64,000 nucleotides of DNA. Origin: Pseudomonadota bacterium. Its GTDB lineage: Bacteria; Bdellovibrionota_B; Oligoflexia; Oligoflexales; CAIMVM01. Below, in pieces: positions 9,927 to 19,325 of the stretch (its first letter is position 1; the number at the start of each line of letters is the position of its first letter). The notes under the pieces were generated by a model. The model searched no databases, was not told the origin of the DNA, and saw only the letters and a list, made by a program, of their open reading frames with translations. The position numbers were made by a program, and so were the translations under genes. Where the stretch lies: contig JBAXBA010000004.1 in assembly GCA_037142195.1 (NCBI GenBank), forward strand, positions 22,911 through 86,910, given 5' to 3'.

Positions 9927-10859
9927 ATGAAGCATTGGATTGACTTGGTCTCGAGGTTGCCATTAACGGATGTCCAACGCGAGGTCGTAAATCGCTTTTC
10001 AGCAGATATCCAGGGGCGACTTTTTCTGCCGATCGCAGATATATTGAAAGCCCACAATAAACTTGATGAAGCCCTCGAACTTCTGCTACAGGGCGTTGCG
10101 AATCATCCCAGATATTCAGTAGCCAGGGTTGTATTGGTTCGAGAGCTTTTCCACAAAGGGATGGTCAATCACGCTTGGGACTGTGTTCAATCGAGTCCCG
10201 TGAGCCTTAATGATAACCTTTTGGCCCAGCATCTAATTTTTAAGCTATCGATCGTTTTGGAAGATGAAGCCAGTGCGAGGGCGGCACTTCAAAATATCAG
10301 AAACCATAATCTCTCAGACCCGGAAGTCATGGAACTCGGAAGGCTTTTAGTTTCTGAAGGTATTTTTGCCGTTAAAGACGTGATTTGTCGTGAAGCCATT
10401 AAAAGAGGATATCCTTTAAGCGCGAATAGAGTTCCTTTAAGTGAAAGTGCGCCAGCTTCCCCTTTATCCAAGCCGGTTTTAACAAAAGTCTATCGAGGGG
10501 TAGAGAACTTCCATGTTTTAGCTTTGTCTGATATTTTTACTCCTGACGGCGCGAATTCTACCGAAGATCAAAACCTAGATTCTGTTGTGGAATTAGATTC
10601 GACCACTCTTGCGGAAATATTTGAGAGCCAGCATCATTATGTTAAAGCTCTGGGTATATATCGTCGCTTATTGCGAATTTCGCCTCGTAACGACCTATTG
10701 CGCCGCAAAGTAAGTGAGTTGGCTCGTAAGAGTTCTGATCAAAAGAATGCGGATCTCGCCCTAGATCCTTCGTTGGTGGATCAGATGGAAGAAGCGAGTT
10801 CCCTTGATAAGCGCATTGACTATTTGCAAGGTTTTCTGGAAAACCTGGAATCAAAATAG
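9927..10859 (+). CDS. TPR-like helical repeat protein
   Basis: 'ALELLLQGVANHPRYSVARV' and 'TLAEIFESQHHYVKALGIYRRLLRISP' are TPR-like; GAGG RBS. Confidence 0.7.
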   Translation: MKHWIDLVSRLPLTDVQREVVNRFSADIQGRLFLPIADILKAHNKLDEALELLLQGVANHPRYSVARVVLVRELFHKGMVNHAWDCVQSSPVSLNDNLLAQHLIFKLSIVLEDEASARAALQNIRNHNLSDPEVMELGRLLVSEGIFAVKDVICREAIKRGYPLSANRVPLSESAPASPLSKPVLTKVYRGVENFHVLALSDIFTPDGANSTEDQNLDSVVELDSTTLAEIFESQHHYVKALGIYRRLLRISPRNDLLRRKVSELARKSSDQKNADLALDPSLVDQMEEASSLDKRIDYLQGFLENLESK

Positions 10860-10885
10860 CAAAGACATCTCAAGTTTTTGCGCGG

Positions 10886-11821
10886 TTAGTTGTTTTTTTT
10901 AATCCAGTCTCTTGCAAAGTATTGCACGTCTTGAGACTTGGATTTGTTTTGGCTATCCATCCAACCTTGATCCAGGTCACTAAATACTTTCAACTCTACT
11001 TCAGGATGGTTTTTAGAAATACTCTCTAGAGTATTAAGAGGTACGATGTAGTCTCGACCACCGTGGATGATGAGGGTTCTTGGAAGCTTAAAGTTAAGGG
11101 AGCTATCTAGGTCAAAAGAGAGCATTTCCTGAAACCATTTACTTGTGCCGGTTAATCCTTCGATGGTCCAAGTTGTGGCAGAGTTTGGATCTGAAGTTTT
11201 GATTTCATTAAGTTTTGTGCTTATGGAATTTTCGATACTTGTACACGGCGCGTTCTGATTTTTAGTTTTGTCTTCACAGGTCAAAGCCTTTTTAAAGATG
11301 CTAGAATCTTTGAGGCCGGAGCCTATGCTCAAAAGAATAAGGCCTTCGACGTTTGGCCACTGTTTTGCTAGGGAAATGGCTGGGAGCGCGCCTTCATAGG
11401 CTCCTACCAGATAGAGTTTACCATTCCAACCTTGGTTCTTACTTTGAAAGCTATTTAAGGCAGATAGAATCTGCTCAGCCCTTGCGGTTGGGTGATTCGC
11501 ATTCCAATAGGTGTCTGAACAATAGAAAAGGTTTAAAAGTGCATTAGCGCCCGTTCTGGTTCCCGCTTTATCGACCGTCATAATGCCGACATCAAGACCT
11601 TCAAAGGCGAACTGGGCCCCCGAGTGAAAGGAAATGGTATTTCTGCAGGAGGCACTGTTAATAAACAAGACTAAGCTATAGCTTTTGAGAGAAGTCTTGT
11701 AAGTGACATGATAGGGAGTGTCAGAGACTGTGTCCTCTATAGTAGTCACAAATGCCGAATCCCTGGGGCGTTCACAAGCTAGGGGAAATAGGAATACCAA
11801 CAATGATAAAAATTTCAGCAA
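10886..11821 (-). CDS. Alpha/beta-hydrolase-fold lipoprotein with substituted catalytic residues
   Basis: Lipobox 'PLAC'; 'LVGAYEG' at the nucleophile elbow; 'IIHGGRDYIVP'; 'DLDQGW'. Confidence 0.7.
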   Translation of the reverse strand: MLKFLSLLVFLFPLACERPRDSAFVTTIEDTVSDTPYHVTYKTSLKSYSLVLFINSASCRNTISFHSGAQFAFEGLDVGIMTVDKAGTRTGANALLNLFYCSDTYWNANHPTARAEQILSALNSFQSKNQGWNGKLYLVGAYEGALPAISLAKQWPNVEGLILLSIGSGLKDSSIFKKALTCEDKTKNQNAPCTSIENSISTKLNEIKTSDPNSATTWTIEGLTGTSKWFQEMLSFDLDSSLNFKLPRTLIIHGGRDYIVPLNTLESISKNHPEVELKVFSDLDQGWMDSQNKSKSQDVQYFARDWIKKNN

Positions 11822-12511
11822 TTAATCCCCCATTTCGATGATGGCATAGTTATGTCCAAAACCCGATTGTTCTCGTCTTTTACTATGGAACTCCAAGCTC
11901 GACTTCGTACAAACTCGATGAACTTGAATGGATCTGGGAGAAATGCCATGTCGGGCTAATTCGAGTGCCGCAGCCACTTGAAGATCGATATGCCATCGAT
12001 CTAGAGAACCCTTAGAAAGAGACAGATAAAGGGCCTCTGGGGGGAGTTGCGCTTGAAATGCTTTTACAACTTCAGGTCCCACCTCAAAAGCCTCCCGTCC
12101 TATAGTTGGGCCTACAAAAACACTCAATTCGCTAGGAAGAATTCCTAAGCTTTTTGCAGCTTGGATTCCCTCATAGATAATTCCTTTTGTAAAACCCTTC
12201 CAACCTGCATGCACAGCCATTATAAAATCGGCTCGATTTGAGAAAAAAAGGAGAGGCAAACAGTCGGCTGTTCGAACCCCAATAGCCACTCTCTTTTGAG
12301 TAGTGAAAATGGCATCTCCCTCTTTGCCAAGGAATGCATCCTCGATGCTCAGGATGGAGGCACCATGGATTTGTTTCGGGATCAATGCGGAGCCAGGAGA
12401 TCCTGCTCCTAGTCCCAAAACAGTAATTTTTATGGCAGACGGTGTGACTACAGAGTTGGATTCCGTCAGCCAAGTTATAGAGTCTAGCATATCAACAATG
12501 GATTTTATCAA
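11822..12511 (-). CDS. pgeF: YfiH/PgeF family (DUF152) peptidoglycan editing factor / purine nucleoside enzyme
   Basis: 'QIHG', 'RTADCLP', 'VHAGWKG', 'GPTIG..FEVG'. Confidence 0.88.
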   Translation of the reverse strand: MIKSIVDMLDSITWLTESNSVVTPSAIKITVLGLGAGSPGSALIPKQIHGASILSIEDAFLGKEGDAIFTTQKRVAIGVRTADCLPLLFFSNRADFIMAVHAGWKGFTKGIIYEGIQAAKSLGILPSELSVFVGPTIGREAFEVGPEVVKAFQAQLPPEALYLSLSKGSLDRWHIDLQVAAALELARHGISPRSIQVHRVCTKSSLEFHSKRREQSGFGHNYAIIEMGD

Positions 12512-12637
12512 GCCTCGGAGTCCCGCTGTACGGCAATAGTTTGGTGCGCCTAGGGAAGGTACTTAACAGAAAAACTTCCTTTCGTTAAGTCTAGAATAAA
12601 GACCCAGGGATCTAAGGGCGGAAAGTTGGCCGGCAAA

Positions 12638-12665
12638 AAGGGAACCCTAGTTGAGGGTTCCCTTT
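12638..12665 (-). terminator. Intrinsic terminator downstream of degP
   Basis: AAGGGAACCCT / AGGGTTCCCTT stem, followed by a T-run on the minus strand. Confidence 0.75.
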
Positions 12666-12800
12666 AAAAAGCCAAGTAAGGGCTCGTAATTTACAGCGCT
12701 GGTAGCGATCCAAAAATTAGGATTTAGTCCTTTTCACAGCCTATGATTCCTAACTCTTGGAAGGAGCATTTCCAAGTCTTTGAGGCCTACTTTTTGAGAC

Positions 12801-14267
12801 TTACTTTTTGAGACTTACGTAGGCAAAGCTTCCTTCTCGTTCAATACGCAGCAGAAGTCGTTTTGCGCCGCTCGCTAAGTTTTTAAAGTCCTCGGCGCTG
12901 CTTATTTTTTGTCCATTGCAGGCTATGATGATGTCACCTCTTAAAAGCCCTGATTTCGCAGCTGGTGAATCGGGTTCGACCCCGGTTACCACTGCTCCCG
13001 TTTTTGATTGAGGCTCTAATTCACTTCTAAGATCCGCTGTTAGGGTTTGAACTCCCACTCCAAAAGGCGCCCCTTTGGCCGGTTTAGCGGTATCCTTCTC
13101 TTTGCCCGATTTAGCTACTTCATCACCCGGAAACTCACCGACGATTACCGTAATCGTCTTTTTGGCACCATTTCGCCAAAGACTGATTTGAACTTTATCG
13201 CCTGGGTTAGAGAGTCCAATAGCGTTGGATAAGTCTGATTCATTTGTAATTTGTTTGTTGTCCACTTGAAGAAGAACATCACCTTCTTTAATTCCAGATT
13301 TACTGGCAGGGGATGAGGGTTCTACTTGACGGACCAGAGTTCCTGTTTCATCTTTTCCTAAGTTCAGTCCTTCTTTTAGCTCATCAGTTAAAGGCTGCAT
13401 TCCGATACCAATATATCCTCTTTTTACCGCGCCCTGGCTTATCAATTTGGGGGCAATCGAACGAATGAGTTTTGCAGGAACGGCAAAGCCGATTCCATTA
13501 TAGGCGCCTGACTTAGAGAAAATAGCAGTGTTAATACCGACAACTTTTCCATCCATGCCCACAAGGGGACCGCCGGAGTTTCCTGGGTTAATCGCGGCAT
13601 CTGTTTGAATAAAATTCCCTAACTGGGTGATTTGAAGGTTTCCACGCCCGGTGGCAGAGACCACGCCGAACGAAAGGCTAGCCTCTAGGCCAAAGGGAGC
13701 GCCCATCGCCACAACCAACTCGCCCACGTCTAAGGAGTCCGCTTCGGATACGGTCAATTGCTCTAGCCCTGTTCGATCAAACTTATCATCGATTACTTTA
13801 ACCACAGCAATATCTGTGTTTTTGTCGCGGCCTAAAACCTTACCGGGAAATGTTTTTCCGTTGGCAAGCTTAATAAAAATTTCATCCGCATCTTCTACAA
13901 CGTGGTTATTGGTGAGGATGTATCCCTTAGAAATGTCAACGATGAAGCCTGAGCCTAAGCCCTCTTGCTTTTGTTTTCTTTCCTCTCGAAGGCCAGGGCG
14001 TCCATTTCCGGGTCCAAAAAAGAATTCAAAAGGGTCCATTTGTCCTGAACCAGATAATGTTACGTTTTTAGAAACGGAAATAAACGCCAGAGACTTTCGT
14101 GTGTGTTTGGCGATTTCAGCAAGTCCCGCCGACATTTTTTTCAGTCCCTCTGTACTGGCTGAGCTGACTTCTGACTTGCCGCTATCTTTGGGTAGATCAT
14201 ACGCAAAAAGACTTCCTGAAACGACTACTGCGCTGCAAAACAAGACATTAGTGAAAAAATTCCTCAT
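12801..14267 (-). CDS. degP: Do/DegQ (HtrA) family periplasmic serine protease with two PDZ domains
   Basis: 'GSGFIV', 'TNNHVV', 'TDIAV', 'IQTDAAINPGNSGGPL'; signal peptide; ATG 14267 with GGAGG RBS. Confidence 0.92.
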   Translation of the reverse strand: MRNFFTNVLFCSAVVVSGSLFAYDLPKDSGKSEVSSASTEGLKKMSAGLAEIAKHTRKSLAFISVSKNVTLSGSGQMDPFEFFFGPGNGRPGLREERKQKQEGLGSGFIVDISKGYILTNNHVVEDADEIFIKLANGKTFPGKVLGRDKNTDIAVVKVIDDKFDRTGLEQLTVSEADSLDVGELVVAMGAPFGLEASLSFGVVSATGRGNLQITQLGNFIQTDAAINPGNSGGPLVGMDGKVVGINTAIFSKSGAYNGIGFAVPAKLIRSIAPKLISQGAVKRGYIGIGMQPLTDELKEGLNLGKDETGTLVRQVEPSSPASKSGIKEGDVLLQVDNKQITNESDLSNAIGLSNPGDKVQISLWRNGAKKTITVIVGEFPGDEVAKSGKEKDTAKPAKGAPFGVGVQTLTADLRSELEPQSKTGAVVTGVEPDSPAAKSGLLRGDIIIACNGQKISSAEDFKNLASGAKRLLLRIEREGSFAYVSLKK

Positions 14268-15123
14268 GTATTCTATTTCCTCCCATTGAAAGGCAATCAT
14301 CCCCGAAGAGTATCATTGTAATGGGAATTACATGAGTAAACTATGAGAAAACTCGGCTAGTTAGAAATGCTCTCAAAGAAAAAGCGTTTCATTCTAGGAT
14401 TAAGTTGCCAGAATTATTCATTTATCTTTAATTAGTCGGTTTCAATTCAAATATCTTACGCAGATAAGAGGATTCCTTCGAGAGGCAGATGTTTTTAGGC
14501 TATTAGGGAGCTATGAGACTTAAAACAAGATTTTTGAGCCACTCTCGTTACCCACTTTGACACCAACAACAGCGCTAAAAACTTCTCGAGGCAGCAATCT
14601 AGTGTCTTCACTTTCTCCCACAACTAAAAAACTTGCCTACAAGAGTTCTCCAATGAAGAAATTCATTGCGCCACATACACGGTATCGAAAAGAGCCAATT
14701 GAGTTGGGCTCCCTACAAGATATCATAGAGGAATGACATTGGAGGTTCTGGCAGAGATTTGCTTAAAACCTAAGATCTGCTGGTCTAAACGAAGAACAGC
14801 TTGGTAATATCAGGGGTTTTTAACTTGATTCAAGAGCGAGATAACAGGGAGATAGCATATGTACTCCATTTGCAGCTTTATTTTTAAACGGGCATATCAC
14901 GGAAATCTATTGGAAAAAAAATGAAGCTATTAAAACTTTGCAGACCTGCAGCAGACCAATTTTCAGGTAAACCAATACAAATCAGTACCAAAATATTCGG
15001 GATTCACGAATCTAAGTTTTTTAAATTTACCTGTCAGTACAAATAGAGAAAAACAGATGCCTAAACAGTCTGAGACGCCATGACGCTGGTGGGATGGGTG
15101 GGATGATCTAGGGGCATTGTTCT

Positions 15124-16248
15124 TTAATTATCGACCAACTCATTCCCTTCCAAAAGCAGAGAATAGCAAGTACTACGCCCTCCCCCTGGCTCCTGCTTTA
15201 GGGCGCCGCGTCCAATCAGGTCTTTAATGTCGCGGGTGGCCGTGTCCTGGGAGCATTTAGCGATCTTGCCCCACTTGGAGCTCGTTAGTTTCCCCTCGAA
15301 TCCGTCAAGCAGCAAATTTAGGACCTTGATCTGGCGATCGTTCAGTGGTTGTTGGTTGAAACGTTCCCAGAAGCTGGCTTTCGTCATCACGCGACCCAAT
15401 ATTTCACCGCTATTTTTGATTGCCCTATGCAGGCAGCTCAAGAACCAAACCAACCATTCGGTAACATCCAGGCCGGCCTTTTGTGATTTTTCTAGAATTT
15501 CGTAGTATTCATTGCGCTCCCTTCGGATCTGGGATGACATACTATAGAAACGCTGGTTCGATTGTTCAGATCGGGCAAGCATCAAGTCAGCGATCGCTCG
15601 GGCTATCCGGCCATTGCCGTCGTCGAAGGGATGAATGGTTACGAACCAGAAATGCGCTAGGCCTGCGGTCAGCAAAGGGTGTTCTCCGCGGGATATTGTC
15701 AGCCACTCTAGGAAGGTTGTCATTTCCCGTGGAACTCGATCGGCAGGAGGTCCCTGGTAGTGAACCCGCTCTCGACCCACTGGTCCCGATACCACCTGCA
15801 TGGGCCCATCTCTATCATCGCGCCATTTTCCTACACGGATCGTGGTCATGCCACTGCGTCCTGTCGGGAAGAGCGCAGCTTGCCAAGATAACAGGCGTTC
15901 CAGAGTCAAGGGGCTGTCGCAATTGGTCGTCGCGTCGAGCATCATCTCAACCGTGCCTTCGACATTTCTATCCGCGGGTGTTAATCCCCCATAATCCATT
16001 CCGAGTCTTCGCGCGATCGACGATCGCACTTGGTCGGCTTTGAGGTATTCTCCCTCGATCTCACTGGATTTGATCACATCCTCAGTCAGGGTTTGAAGAT
16101 GGGCATCACCTCGAAGTTTAAAGCCCACCCCTTCCATCTTCCCGCGCAGACGACCTTGCTCATGGGTAACTGTGGCAAGGAGGGTGGAGAGGCTTGCCGA
16201 GTCCCAGGTCATTTCCGGCCAGTGCTTTTGTTCCCAAAGAAATGCCAT
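15124..16248 (-). CDS. Fic family protein (DUF4172 N-terminus, C-terminal wHTH)
   Basis: Intact 'HPFDDGNGRIAR'; N-terminal 'WEQKHWP'; C-terminal 'CSQDTATRDIKDL'; visibly GC-richer than its flanks. Confidence 0.92.
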   Translation of the reverse strand: MAFLWEQKHWPEMTWDSASLSTLLATVTHEQGRLRGKMEGVGFKLRGDAHLQTLTEDVIKSSEIEGEYLKADQVRSSIARRLGMDYGGLTPADRNVEGTVEMMLDATTNCDSPLTLERLLSWQAALFPTGRSGMTTIRVGKWRDDRDGPMQVVSGPVGRERVHYQGPPADRVPREMTTFLEWLTISRGEHPLLTAGLAHFWFVTIHPFDDGNGRIARAIADLMLARSEQSNQRFYSMSSQIRRERNEYYEILEKSQKAGLDVTEWLVWFLSCLHRAIKNSGEILGRVMTKASFWERFNQQPLNDRQIKVLNLLLDGFEGKLTSSKWGKIAKCSQDTATRDIKDLIGRGALKQEPGGGRSTCYSLLLEGNELVDN

Positions 16249-16349
16249 ATAATCTCCGCAGTAGATGCGGAGATTATGGCGGAAATTCTCCGCACTAGCA
16301 AGAATTATCTCCGCAAATTGTGCGGAGAATATGGGTGATAATCTCCGCA
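16249..16349. promoter_or_regulatory. Array of TCTCCGCA half-sites and palindromes abutting the Fic start codon
   Basis: ATAATCTCCGCA-N5-TGCGGAGATTAT at 16249-16277; TCTCCGCA-N5-TGCGGAGA at 16308-16328; lone half-sites at 16287 and 16342. Confidence 0.7.
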
Positions 16350-16429
16350 TGATTGGCTAGTTAGAAGAAAAATCAAGCAACTTTTCCTAGTATTAACTTT
16401 TGTCCCGTAAATTTGGGAATCTCAAAGAC

Positions 16430-17110
16430 TTAAATATTAAGATTGAAAAGTAAGCCTAGCCAAGTTGTATAGAGGGATTCTTTCCCGGTTTGGCCGCTAA
16501 TGGTAACGGGCCAACTCTGCATGCGCCAAGCGAGGTCTAGGGAGAGTAGTTTTTTGGTAATGGGAATGATGCCGCCGATTTTAAAGTCGGTTCTAGAGCC
16601 CATGGAAGCTTTTACGCTATCTTCTGCTTTAAGGATTGAGGTCGTAATCATCTTTCCCTCAAAATAGACCGTACTGGCTTTTCCAGTGTCAATGGAAAAG
16701 CCAGTATTCACTCCATATCCTGAGCCTAGTCCGCTCAGTGTGGTTGTGCCTTGATTGTTTACATCAATCGTTACTTTGGAAAATACGGGTCCAAGAAAGA
16801 AGCTCCCCACGTTAAAGAGAATGCTCGTGTCTTGAAAGGAAATCTTAGTTTCGCTGCTGTTTAGGGCGAATTTCGTTTTATTGGTAAATTCATCCCAATG
16901 AACTCCGAGATCTCCATCGGTCCCAGCTCGGATTTTGAGTCCGTAGCCAATGGCCGTACTCGTGTCGTTCATGGCGACCACTTTGCTTTTGTAAGTTGAA
17001 AATCCACCACCCGAATACACTTGCATGTCGGCCCCATCGGTTCCGGCATTAGACAATGTACTCAAGAGGCTTAGTGCGGCAATCGCGAATTTCAACTGAT
17101 AGTCTCCCAT
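16430..17110 (-). CDS. Putative outer-membrane beta-barrel protein
   Basis: Signal peptide; alternating Gly/aromatic amphipathic strands; terminal strand 'TTWLGLLFNLNI'. Confidence 0.6.
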   Translation of the reverse strand: MGDYQLKFAIAALSLLSTLSNAGTDGADMQVYSGGGFSTYKSKVVAMNDTSTAIGYGLKIRAGTDGDLGVHWDEFTNKTKFALNSSETKISFQDTSILFNVGSFFLGPVFSKVTIDVNNQGTTTLSGLGSGYGVNTGFSIDTGKASTVYFEGKMITTSILKAEDSVKASMGSRTDFKIGGIIPITKKLLSLDLAWRMQSWPVTISGQTGKESLYTTWLGLLFNLNI

Positions 17111-17206
17111 GACGTTTCTCAGTCTTCGGTAGATCTCAATTCATTTTAAAGTTTTATATTTTATAAAACCCTAAAAACACAGATTATAAACCTTCAGATC
17201 AATATC

Positions 17207-18238
17207 TTAAGGCAGCACGCAAAGAGCGCGGTAAACCATATTGGCGGCAAGTCGGGAGGTTTGACCATTAAAATCGCGGCTTGGACATAATTCGGCTATG
17301 TCTAGCAATCGACTTGAAGATGCCGTCATTAAGGATTCTATACTCTCTAATACATCATCTACGGGACAGCCCAAGGGGGTCGAAGCACTGGTTCCCGGTG
17401 CAATCCAGGAAGAAAAAACATCAAGATCTAAGGAGATGTGAAGTCTTTTCAGAATTTTATGGGAATACTTCTTTCGATAGATGTCGAGGTGATCGTTGAT
17501 AAAATCACTGGGCTTTTTAGGCGAAATCATGGTTTGGGAAGGGACTTGACTTAGATCTTCGGTAGCAATCCAACTTTGGTTTTTAAACTCAATAACTTTA
17601 ATTTGATGTTTTCTGGCGTAATCAAATAAGGAAGCAGGGTTTCTTTCCTGCTGAATGCCCACTTCAAGTAAAGCTCGTCCAGAGTCTATGGAGTTTGGGA
17701 AATGTTCGATAATTCTTGAAAACGGCGTGCCACTATTGATTTGTCCGGCCACAACAGGCCGCAAGTCAAGATGGGCATCAAAATTGATAATGGGTATGAT
17801 ATCGCTTTCGTTTTGTTGAAGGCCTTTGTAGGAGCCGAAACTAAAATCGTGGCCGCCACCGATGACGACGACAGTTTCCACTTTTTTGCTAAAGAAAAAT
17901 GCGACCACCCTAGCTAATTTTTCATGAGTAGTTGAAATGTCATCGCCTAATGCAATATTTCCAGCATCTATAATTTTCGGTCCTAAGGCATGAAGTCCAG
18001 GTCTATCGTATAGAGCGTAGAATGCCTTTCGAAATGCTGAAGGTCCCTCTTTAGCGCCTGGATTTCCGTGATTTGAGAGAACTCCCCTGTCATCGGGGAT
18101 ACCTATAAGAACGACTTTCTTCTCTAAAGAATCTTCTCCCTCATTTAGCAAGGAGTGGGCCGATTGACCTATGGTCTCTTCACGAGTTTTAAGAGAAGTG
18201 GGATGAAAGGGCGTGAGCAATTCTAATATTTGTTTCAT
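17207..18238 (-). CDS. hutG: Formimidoylglutamase-like arginase-family hydrolase
   Basis: 'GNPGAKEGP', 'GGGHD', 'FDAHLDLR', 'SGTPF', 'SLDLDVF'; overlaps the aroC stop. Confidence 0.78.
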   Translation of the reverse strand: MKQILELLTPFHPTSLKTREETIGQSAHSLLNEGEDSLEKKVVLIGIPDDRGVLSNHGNPGAKEGPSAFRKAFYALYDRPGLHALGPKIIDAGNIALGDDISTTHEKLARVVAFFFSKKVETVVVIGGGHDFSFGSYKGLQQNESDIIPIINFDAHLDLRPVVAGQINSGTPFSRIIEHFPNSIDSGRALLEVGIQQERNPASLFDYARKHQIKVIEFKNQSWIATEDLSQVPSQTMISPKKPSDFINDHLDIYRKKYSHKILKRLHISLDLDVFSSWIAPGTSASTPLGCPVDDVLESIESLMTASSSRLLDIAELCPSRDFNGQTSRLAANMVYRALCVLP

Positions 18239-19317
18239 GGGAGCTCCCTCGCCTTTTGCGCTAAATAGAAATCAAGTATGACCATATAAGCCATAGCTTC
18301 GACAATCGGTACCGCTCGCGGTAGTACACACGGGTCATGACGCCCCCCGGCCTTTATACTCACGGGCTGACCTTCTTGGTTGAGCGTCGCAACTTCTTTT
18401 CCTAAAGTAGCGACAGGCTTAAATCCAACCCGAAAAGAAAGGGGGTGGCCGGTGGAAATGCCACCCTGCACACCGCCATGGCGGTTTGTTTCTGGGCTAA
18501 CGGCGCCTTCTTTTAAAGTAAAGCCATCGTTATGTTCAGAGCCCAGCATTAAGGTAGCTCCTAAACCTTCACCGATTTCAAAACTTTTGGAAGCGGGGAG
18601 GCTAAGCATCGCCTTGGCAAGTTCAGCCTCAAGTTTTGCAAATACGGGCTCGCCCAGTCCTGCTGGGACACCATTTACGATGCATTGAATGGTACCGCCG
18701 ACGCTATCACCGGCTTTCTTAACATCTGTAATGAGAGCTTCAAAGGCCTTGGATGCTAGGGGATCTGGGCAGCGAACAACGCTTTGATCGACCTCCTCAC
18801 GGGTGGGAGTGTGTTTCACATCGGCTCGTAAATCCTTAATGGTATCGACCCAAGCAACGACCGAAAGGGAAAGCCCAAAAGCTTCAAGGATTTGCTCGGC
18901 AACGGCACCTGAAATCACCCTTCCGATGGTCTCCCGCGCACTGGATCTGCCGCCACCACTTTGCGGCTTGATGCCAAATTTCTTTTCCCAGGACCAATCG
19001 GCATGGGAAGGGCGGTAGACTTTTTCGAGGTGGGCGTAGTCTTCTGGCTTTTGGTCTTTATTAAATATCGCAAAACAGAGGGGACTGCCTAAGGTTCGGC
19101 CATTTTGCAGTCCGGAGAGGGATACCAGGAGATCTTTTTCTTGGCGAGGGGAGGTAAGCGCGCTTTGGCCAGGCCTGCGCCGTTCAAGCCAGCCTTGAAT
19201 GCGCTTTAAGTCGATTTCAAGGTTTCCTGGGACGCCATCGATCAAAGCGCCCACGGCATAGCCATGGGACTCGCCAAAAGTACTGGTTCTGTAAAAACTA
19301 CCCCATTGATTCGCCAT
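18235..19317 (-). CDS. aroC: Chorismate synthase
   Basis: 'TFGESHG', 'RRRPGQS', 'RPSHAD', 'GGGRSSARET', 'GRHDPCV'. Confidence 0.96.
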   Translation of the reverse strand: MANQWGSFYRTSTFGESHGYAVGALIDGVPGNLEIDLKRIQGWLERRRPGQSALTSPRQEKDLLVSLSGLQNGRTLGSPLCFAIFNKDQKPEDYAHLEKVYRPSHADWSWEKKFGIKPQSGGGRSSARETIGRVISGAVAEQILEAFGLSLSVVAWVDTIKDLRADVKHTPTREEVDQSVVRCPDPLASKAFEALITDVKKAGDSVGGTIQCIVNGVPAGLGEPVFAKLEAELAKAMLSLPASKSFEIGEGLGATLMLGSEHNDGFTLKEGAVSPETNRHGGVQGGISTGHPLSFRVGFKPVATLGKEVATLNQEGQPVSIKAGGRHDPCVLPRAVPIVEAMAYMVILDFYLAQKARELP

Positions 19318-19325
19318 AAAAGACC

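Noticed and set aside
12541..12620. TGGTGCGCC resembling a minus-strand tRNA 3' end
   Set aside because: No T-loop (TTCGAA) at the expected distance and no cloverleaf
13651..14289. 212-aa + strand ORF and the many similar antisense ORFs (e.g. 15483..16043, 31272..31766, 62646..63278)
   Set aside because: Shadows of well-supported opposite-strand genes, with no motifs of their own
14300..15120. 820-bp AT-rich gap between degP and fic
   Set aside because: No ORF of 60 aa or more, and no repeat or RNA signature I could support; may be decayed sequence
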